Part shown: piece after piece, positions 46,641 to 52,610 of the stretch
Layout: the number at the start of each line of letters is the position of its first letter
How positions within the stretch are numbered: position 1 is the first letter of the stretch
DNA from: a virus
Lineage: Duplodnaviria; Caudoviricetes
Reading direction: 5' to 3' (one strand)
IMG/VR virus record: IMGVR_UViG_3300017767_000016
Location: 1 to 52,610 of that record
DNA: 52,610 nucleotides
The notes under the pieces: model-generated
Databases searched by the model: none
What the model was told of the DNA's origin: nothing
Seen by the model: the letters and a program-made list of their open reading frames with translations, nothing else
Translations under genes and position numbers: made by a program

Positions 46641-46934
46641 TTATTCAAATGTTTTAACCACTACTGGACCTTTAGCAAAGTCAAGCCGTTTGTTATAGTG
46701 TTCTAATGAAGCATCAATTGCTGCTTCTGCACCTTCAACGGTTTCTCTTCGCGTTACGTCAACCCAGTTATTATCTTTATTTGGATCGAGGTACTCGGTT
46801 TGGTAATAACCATTTGGTAATTGGACAATTCGCCAGTTTTTCTTATCGGTTAAATGTGTAAGAAACTGGACTTCTTCTTCGGTTATTTTTGGAGATGATG
46901 TTCCCCAAGAATAGGTTCTATAATATAGTGTCAT
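46641..46934 (-). CDS. hypothetical protein
   Basis: 97 aa, WRIVQLPNGYYQTEY; A-rich leader; directly upstream of groL. Confidence 0.75.
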   Translation of the reverse strand: MTLYYRTYSWGTSSPKITEEEVQFLTHLTDKKNWRIVQLPNGYYQTEYLDPNKDNNWVDVTRRETVEGAEAAIDASLEHYNKRLDFAKGPVVVKTFE

Positions 46935-46994
46935 AGGTTTTGGTTTTAAATTAATTATTGGTTTGCCCTACCCGGACCGGGTGTATTTTATATA

Positions 46995-48452
46995 TTACGT
47001 AATATTAACTATTTTAGGTATTGATGTTAAAAATCGGTGGTGTTGTGGCCACCATCCGTACCCATATCGGGTTAAAAGAGACGTATACGTATGATTTTGA
47101 TGCAGACTAAGGGTGTCTAGTATAGGGGTGGTGCCTTCTAGCACTATAGGGTAATAGGGGTATAAAATAGTAGATGTAAATTGGCCGTTAGAGCTTAAAT
47201 ACCCTGCCTCCAATCTTGAAACACTAGACTGACCCTCATTAATTCCCTGATCAAACTTAATTTGGCCTCGTAGCTCTCCCGCTTTAGCAAGATCGCTGTG
47301 TGTTAAAGATCCATAAGCACTTTCACTTATCCCACTTATTAAGGTCATATACTCATCATTTCCATCAGTAGATTCAAATATAGCTTTTGTACCTTCATAA
47401 TCTGCATATGCTTTCCTACTATATCCTGCCCCTTGGTCTAAAACAGGATTAGCAAAAGGGCCTACAAGCCTAAATGTTTGACCATAATCATTAGAAGCAT
47501 AATATCTTCTAGTGGTTATTGCATAGTAGTCAAAAAGAAATACTCTTTTACCATTTCCTGAAACCGCAACGCTGGTCAGTAGTGAACGAGTGCTATATTG
47601 GCTATCTGATAAACCTGAAGATATTGTTATGTAATTAAAGGTTTTTCCAAAATCAGAGCTTCTATAAACATGTAAGCTGCGGAATTTTATTATGTATATG
47701 TATTTACCTCCCGCTGATATTGATATTCCAAAACCATATTTATCATTATCAGGTATTCCTACTGATGAAATTGGTCTAGTACTATTTTGCATAAAAAAAT
47801 AAAATAAATCTGCAACTTTTTCCCAAGTAACACCATAATCTCTAGATATTGCAATGCCATAATAGCTAGAGTCAGAAGCCGTGCGAGGTCTATCTTTATA
47901 AGGTACACATATAACTTTTCCGTTTCTAGACGCTGTCATGAGAGTGGGGTAAGTATCAAAATTTGAATTATAAATAGCCGGATCTGTGATTTCAATCCAA
48001 TTTTGTCCAAAATCCTCTGTCCTCACTATAGATTGAACCCCTTGCTGGTTTCTTCCCCATGCATACATATATTTATAGTCATCACTAACTTGACATATCC
48101 TATATTTGTCTGTTGTTTCGGCAGCAGGCAATGAATCTGGTAAAGCGCCAAAAGGATGGGCTGGGTTTACCATTTCAAAACCCACTGCTATTCCGTCAGG
48201 CGGAAATAGTTCAGGGGCTATTTTTTTAATTTTAAGCAATCCAAATCCGTTAGTACTACCAATAGGACTGCGAGTTGAAACATTTGAAATAAAATAAGGT
48301 TCAGCACCTGGAGACGCCTGTGGAGGTATATACGAGTCGTCCTCGGGTGGCCACACCCAATTTTCTCCCTTATATATTCTTTTTACATTAGTGTCTCCAA
48401 CTTTTATATTACCAACATCGGGCACGGTGTCTAATACTTTAAAGTTTCCCAT
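46995..48452 (-). CDS. Asp-box (BNR) beta-propeller protein, probable fibre-tip adhesin or glycosidase-like protein
   Basis: Four Asp-boxes (TEDFGQNW, SRDYGVTW, SSDFGKTF, SNDYGQTF); N-terminal IKVG...VKRIYKG...VWP docking motif. Confidence 0.7.
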   Translation of the reverse strand: MGNFKVLDTVPDVGNIKVGDTNVKRIYKGENWVWPPEDDSYIPPQASPGAEPYFISNVSTRSPIGSTNGFGLLKIKKIAPELFPPDGIAVGFEMVNPAHPFGALPDSLPAAETTDKYRICQVSDDYKYMYAWGRNQQGVQSIVRTEDFGQNWIEITDPAIYNSNFDTYPTLMTASRNGKVICVPYKDRPRTASDSSYYGIAISRDYGVTWEKVADLFYFFMQNSTRPISSVGIPDNDKYGFGISISAGGKYIYIIKFRSLHVYRSSDFGKTFNYITISSGLSDSQYSTRSLLTSVAVSGNGKRVFLFDYYAITTRRYYASNDYGQTFRLVGPFANPVLDQGAGYSRKAYADYEGTKAIFESTDGNDEYMTLISGISESAYGSLTHSDLAKAGELRGQIKFDQGINEGQSSVSRLEAGYLSSNGQFTSTILYPYYPIVLEGTTPILDTLSLHQNHTYTSLLTRYGYGWWPQHHRFLTSIPKIVNIT

Positions 48453-50869
48453 TATATAATTACGTACATTTTGTCAGACTCAGGGGTAATATTGTTATAT
48501 TGCGTTTGTGATAATGTTACAATTTCTGATACAGCCGTGTTATTTGTTTCAGCGGAACCAAATACAATATTGCCTGGTACGTTTTGTATAAACGTAGGGC
48601 TTAATGGATCTGTCTCATCAAAGTTTGCTTGAGCATTAATATCTGCTTCTACCCAAGGAACATTAACAACCAGTTGATCGGTATTATTAACTTGAACCGC
48701 GTATGTTCTATTTGTATTGTTCGAAACGGCATTCGCAGCTACAGTCTGTTCTGTACTGCTTCCTAGTTTAATAAGGCCTAATGTATTTACAGTCGCTGTA
48801 GAATAACTTGATGTTGCTGCAGACACAACTCCATTTGAGTCTATGCTTAAGTTATTACCTATTTTTATACCACCTAAAACCGCATCGGATGCAGTTGGTA
48901 AAACGTAATCTGGGGTACTATCTTCTATATTTGTCCAATTTGTTCCGTCCCATGTAAGCACATCCCCGTATTGCACATTAGTTACAGATACGTCACTTAT
49001 TGTATTAACTTGTATATCTTCCACAGTTTGTGTTGTAGCATAACCTGACAAATCCGCCGGCTGGAATGTGAATGTACCATTGGTATTATTATAAGATAGA
49101 GCGCCACCGCTAGACGCGTCCCCTGTTGAAACACTCAAATCTGCTAAAGTTATACCGCTACCACCTGACCCACCCACATTATCGGTGCCGGGGTACCAGT
49201 GCCCATTTGCATTACTCCACTTTAGCACTTGCCCGTCTGACGGTGTTGCAGTACTAACATCCGATAGATCGCTTAAATTATCAGGAATATTAGAAGATAG
49301 TGCATAGTTTGAAAGATCAGGAGGCGTATATGTAAATGTACCCGCATCATCATAAGTCAGACTTGTGTTTCCTGCGTCAGCAGTTACTGCGGAAAATTGT
49401 GTAAAGTCAACTCCGCCACCGCTTACGCTTGTATTATTGTCGGTTCCAATAACCCAACTTGTGCCATTATATTTTAACACGCTGCCTGAAGCTGCATTTG
49501 TGGTGTCAACGTCTGTTAAATCGTTTATCGACACCGACGTTAAGAAAGATGATAGGTTTGGGGGTGTATATGTAAATACACCGTTAGTATCATCATATAT
49601 AAGACTAGCAGCGCCAGAAGTAAGAGTATTTACTGAAAAGCTGCCAAGCGATGCCGCAGAGCCTGTATCATCCGCAGAAAGTGCCCAGCTATTACCATCC
49701 CACTTAATTATTTGGTTAAGTGAGGGAGTTCCATCGTCTACATCTGATAGATCCTGTAAAGCTGTTGGTATAGCTGAAGTGGTTGCATACCCAGACAGAT
49801 CTGGCGGAGTGAAAGTGAAAACACCGGTTGTATTATTATAGGATAAGCTTGCTGTGCCCGTAGCTCCTACTGATACGCTTAAATCTGTTAGCGTAATACC
49901 TGAGTCGGGTGTAGCTGTTAAATCCGTGCTTGGCTCCCATTCTGTACCACTCCATTTTAACACTTGACCTGTGGTTGGGGCTGTTGCTGAAACGTTGGAT
50001 AGACCAGTTGTTGATAGTGTCGCCCAAATCCCGTCTTTTCTTAAAAACGCGTCTCCGTGTGTTGCATTACCGGCTAGTACTAAACCTGCGGCGTAGGAAT
50101 TACCAACTCCCATTATGGAATAGTTAGTATCGTTATCTACACCAAGTTCCCATTTGCTAGTTCCATTATTATATTTTAATACCGCGTTAGCGGTCGGATT
50201 TGAAAAATTGACATCCGTAAGGCTATTTAAGTTAAGGGCACCGACTTCTGCGGATGTTGCTAGACCTGATAAGTCGGCCGGTTTAAATGTAAATGCCCCA
50301 CTTGCACTAGCATAAGACAAAGAGCCGCCACTTAAAGCAGCGTCTGTAGTAACTGATAGGTCAGTTAGTTCTATACCGCCTCCAGATCCTGCTCCTTGTA
50401 GATCTGCACTAGCTTGCCATTGGTTATTAGAAGCACTCCATTTTAAAACATGCCCATCGGTTGGGGAATCTACCGATACATTACCTAAGTCCCCAAGATC
50501 CATTATAGCCCAGCTACCGTCTTTACGCAAGTATGTTTGGTTATGTGTAGCAGATCCCGCAAGCACAAGCCCGGCTACATAGCTATTGCCACTACCCATA
50601 ACATCGTATGTAGTGTTTGTGTCAGTTGCAGATAGCACTCCGGATTCGGTAATACTTAAGTTAGCACCTACTATAATACCACCTAACTTGCTTGTAGTAG
50701 CAATAGGTAACGTATACTGGTCATTAATAAACTCAGCTAGGCCTCCTAGTTTGAAGTTAGCTGTTTGGTATATTTCATTTCCCTGGGTGCCGGAAACATA
50801 ATCCGAACCAATTACAATATCTCGGTTATTAAAACCGGACTCTTTTAAATACGTACTTATCCTAGCCAT
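48452..50869 (-). CDS. modular repetitive fibre protein
   Basis: Alternating L.DL.DV....P..GQVLKW and SL.Y....G.FT(F/Y).P.DLS repeats; two LP.A....LGGI..G.NLSI motifs. Confidence 0.75.
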   Translation of the reverse strand: MARISTYLKESGFNNRDIVIGSDYVSGTQGNEIYQTANFKLGGLAEFINDQYTLPIATTSKLGGIIVGANLSITESGVLSATDTNTTYDVMGSGNSYVAGLVLAGSATHNQTYLRKDGSWAIMDLGDLGNVSVDSPTDGHVLKWSASNNQWQASADLQGAGSGGGIELTDLSVTTDAALSGGSLSYASASGAFTFKPADLSGLATSAEVGALNLNSLTDVNFSNPTANAVLKYNNGTSKWELGVDNDTNYSIMGVGNSYAAGLVLAGNATHGDAFLRKDGIWATLSTTGLSNVSATAPTTGQVLKWSGTEWEPSTDLTATPDSGITLTDLSVSVGATGTASLSYNNTTGVFTFTPPDLSGYATTSAIPTALQDLSDVDDGTPSLNQIIKWDGNSWALSADDTGSAASLGSFSVNTLTSGAASLIYDDTNGVFTYTPPNLSSFLTSVSINDLTDVDTTNAASGSVLKYNGTSWVIGTDNNTSVSGGGVDFTQFSAVTADAGNTSLTYDDAGTFTYTPPDLSNYALSSNIPDNLSDLSDVSTATPSDGQVLKWSNANGHWYPGTDNVGGSGGSGITLADLSVSTGDASSGGALSYNNTNGTFTFQPADLSGYATTQTVEDIQVNTISDVSVTNVQYGDVLTWDGTNWTNIEDSTPDYVLPTASDAVLGGIKIGNNLSIDSNGVVSAATSSYSTATVNTLGLIKLGSSTEQTVAANAVSNNTNRTYAVQVNNTDQLVVNVPWVEADINAQANFDETDPLSPTFIQNVPGNIVFGSAETNNTAVSEIVTLSQTQYNNITPESDKMYVII

Positions 50870-51102
50870 TATTCTTTCTTTGTTCCTTTGCCATGACCTG
50901 AACGGTTTTTCTTAACTGAAACAAACCTTTTTGTCTTATGGTCATAGTCTTTGCCTTTAATGTTTTTGCCAGCCTTTATAGCAGCTCTTCTGCGACGCTG
51001 GTTTTCTGCACGCATAGCTTTCCTTCTAGCACCATTTGCGGTAGCCAAATCTCGCTTCTTCTTTGCAGCAGCGGCTGTACGTGATAGTTTCTGTTTACCC
51101 AT
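50869..51102 (-). CDS. small basic protein with a degenerate HNH-like motif
   Basis: KGKDYDHK...VSVKKNRS; first gene of the late strand. Confidence 0.65.
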   Translation of the reverse strand: MGKQKLSRTAAAAKKKRDLATANGARRKAMRAENQRRRRAAIKAGKNIKGKDYDHKTKRFVSVKKNRSGHGKGTKKE

Positions 51103-51361
51103 ATCTATTATATCACTGATGTTTAGTGTTTTTTACTTTGTAAGATATATAGGGGTAACGGGTTATATATACATTTTTTTTATAACGTATGCAAAACTAA
51201 AGCTAATTCTTTTTAACCAGCCCCCGTGCCGTTTTACGGTTACTGCCTGGGGTTCTCTGGATCCGAACAGCCGGGTCAACAAGAGTCGGACTCGGAACTC
51301 GACCGGATAATTCAGCTTTTTGTACAGCTGCAGCGCAGCGTGCATAGCAACGCGTATAGCA

Positions 51362-51401
51362 TTTACAGTCTAGTCACGATCCCGTACCGATAATATATTT
51401 G
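51362..51401 (+). promoter_or_regulatory. 40-bp conserved early-promoter motif, copy 1
   Basis: TTTACAGTCTAGTCACGA-N9-GATAATATATTTG; ends in an exact Bacteroidota -7 element (TAnnTTTG). Confidence 0.75.
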
Positions 51402-51419
51402 AATATTAAATTACCAGTT

Positions 51420-51548
51420 ATGAAACGTAAATTCAATCACAAACAAATAATCGTCGGAGTAATCGTAACCACGTACCTGACTATGTTAATCGGTGGTATC
51501 ATCACCGTATTGTCCAACCTTGATTCCGCATCGTACGGTATCTACTAA
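51420..51548 (+). CDS. small single-TM protein (42 aa, not in ORF track)
   Basis: MKRKFNHKQIIVGVIVTTYLTMLIGGIITVLSNLDSASYGIY, directly downstream of motif 1. Confidence 0.7.
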   Translation: MKRKFNHKQIIVGVIVTTYLTMLIGGIITVLSNLDSASYGIY

Positions 51549-51593
51549 ACCTAAGGGCACCGCCCTGCGGTGTATAGCACCGCGTATAGCATT

Positions 51594-51633
51594 TTTACAG
51601 ACTAACCACGATACTACTTCGATAATATATATG
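51594..51633 (+). promoter_or_regulatory. 40-bp conserved early-promoter motif, copy 2
   Basis: TTTACAGACTAACCACGA-N9-GATAATATATATG. Confidence 0.75.
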
Positions 51634-51670
51634 AAACGAATTTAAAAGTATAACTATTAAAATTAAAATT

Positions 51671-51811
51671 ATGAGTATAAATGACAAATTAAAACAACTG
51701 TACAATCGCTACGACTTCTTAATTGATAACGATAGATGGGTACAAGCTAAGACAATTCAAAATGAAATAAGAGAATTAGAATTGTTACGTGAAGAAAGTT
51801 ACACAAACTAA
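51671..51811 (+). CDS. small hypothetical protein (46 aa, not in ORF track)
   Basis: MSINDKLKQLYNRYDFLIDNDRWVQAKTIQNEIRELELLREESYTN with leader AATTAAAATT-ATG. Confidence 0.7.
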   Translation: MSINDKLKQLYNRYDFLIDNDRWVQAKTIQNEIRELELLREESYTN

Positions 51812-51839
51812 ACACGAAGTAAAGTAGATAATATAAATG
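51800..51839 (+). promoter_or_regulatory. 40-bp conserved early-promoter motif, copy 3
   Basis: TACACAAACTAAACACGA-N9-GATAATATAAATG. Confidence 0.75.
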
Positions 51840-51862
51840 TAAACAAATTAAAATAAATAATT

Positions 51863-52114
51863 ATGAGTAAATTAAATAACACATTAGTAAGTAAAAGATT
51901 TATCATTCGAAAGTCTTTAATCGGTAAAAACATCAATGTCTCATTCACAGACTACGATGGTAAAGTACACAAGTATTCACATGACAAAGTATATGAGTTA
52001 TGTAAAGAAAGATTCGACAACATGAAATGTTTCCAAAAATACAAGTACTACTCTCAAACATTCGCACTGCCGAAGTTTGTACGCGAGTTAGGTGATGAGG
52101 TTCTAGTCAAATAG
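51863..52114 (+). CDS. hypothetical early protein
   Basis: 83-aa ORF downstream of motif 3. Confidence 0.8.
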   Translation: MSKLNNTLVSKRFIIRKSLIGKNINVSFTDYDGKVHKYSHDKVYELCKERFDNMKCFQKYKYYSQTFALPKFVRELGDEVLVK

Positions 52115-52260
52115 AACTTCACCCCTAGCGGGGGCTACCGCCCTCGTGTACAGCATATGTATAGCAACGCGTATAGCACAGTGCGGTGAAGTAATAAAAA
52201 GTAGCACCTTCCCAAAAAAAAAGTAAAGAACAGATCAGTGATGAAGAGATTAGTAACGAA

Positions 52261-52313
52261 AAGTGCGACACTAGCCTGTTATTAATAATACTTAACTAGC
52301 TAATGTCACATTT
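52261..52313. repeat. imperfect inverted repeat with an AT-rich spacer
   Basis: TGCGACACTAGCCTGTTA (52264-52281) and TAACTAGCTAATGTCACA (52293-52310). Confidence 0.7.
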
Positions 52314-52390
52314 CTTGGTAACTCATGCACAGAGAGGTGATGTTATACCTACAACACTTTTTTATACTACAAACACTTTACCTACTTTTA

Positions 52391-52430
52391 TTTACAAATT
52401 GAACACGAATCGGTGACGATAATATATATG
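52391..52430 (+). promoter_or_regulatory. 40-bp conserved early-promoter motif, copy 4
   Basis: TTTACAAATTGAACACGA-N9-GATAATATATATG. Confidence 0.75.
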
Positions 52431-52450
52431 AAACTTTAAAACACATTACT

Positions 52451-52610
52451 ATGAATAAATATGATTTTCATTGGGATAGTGATACTATCAATTACTATGC
52501 TACCGGCTTTCTAAATTGCGAGATTAGTAATGGCTGGGCAGGTACTGCACTTGTAATCTACAAATACGTAGCAGACGAGTGTGACTATGACTACGAGAGT
52601 GATTTTCGAA
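52451..52610 (+). CDS. hypothetical early protein (partial, runs off the window)
   Basis: MNKYDFHWDSDTINYYATGFLNCEIS..., open to the window edge, downstream of motif 4. Confidence 0.65.
   Translation, partial: MNKYDFHWDSDTINYYATGFLNCEISNGWAGTALVIYKYVADECDYDYESDFR

Noticed and set aside
48452-50869. Diversity-generating retroelement template/variable repeats
   Set aside because: Repeats are in-frame protein modules with differences at all bases, and there is no reverse transcriptase in the window
4061-51345. Many antisense or alternate-frame ORFs in the track (e.g. 4061-4480, 6834-7259, 30136-30486, 33273-33905, 49365-49841, 50951-51310, 51163-51345)
   Set aside because: They shadow well-supported genes or the structured intergenic region and have no recognisable motifs
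52116-52192. tRNA gene
   Set aside because: The size and closing stem fit, but there is no GTTCRA T-loop, no D-arm and no canonical anticodon arm
51362-52430. CRISPR array
   Set aside because: Repeats are degenerate, spaced 206-591 bp apart and separated by ORFs; no cas genes are present

Overview
A 52.6-kb segment of a tailed dsDNA phage genome, most likely a podovirus infecting a marine Bacteroidota (Flavobacteriia) host. The host and morphotype are inferred from crAss/phi38:1-type terminase-portal-capsid-ring-nozzle genes, the lack of a tape-measure or sheath gene, AT-rich leaders without Shine-Dalgarno motifs and a class Id-like ribonucleotide reductase. There are three blocks. (1) 1-4098, + strand: end of the DNA-metabolism operon (endonuclease I-like resolvase, nrdB, nrdA), closed by a bidirectional terminator. 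(2) 4150-51102, - strand: one long late region with two fibre/adhesin pairs, GroEL plus GroES plus a tandem double-GroES-like protein, small basic proteins, terminase, portal, scaffold, major capsid, tail ring and nozzle proteins, three ejection-type proteins (one of 2266 aa), and an M15 endolysin followed by an unusual set of envelope proteins. (3) 51103-52610: a structured strand-switch region and an array of tiny + strand ORFs, each preceded by a conserved 40-bp motif. The leading hypothesis is that the 2266-aa virion protein is a polyprotein (zincin protease, sigma-70 region-2-like segment, HTH) that acts as an injected transcription factor for those 40-bp early promoters. All product calls come from motif recognition by eye; no searches were run.
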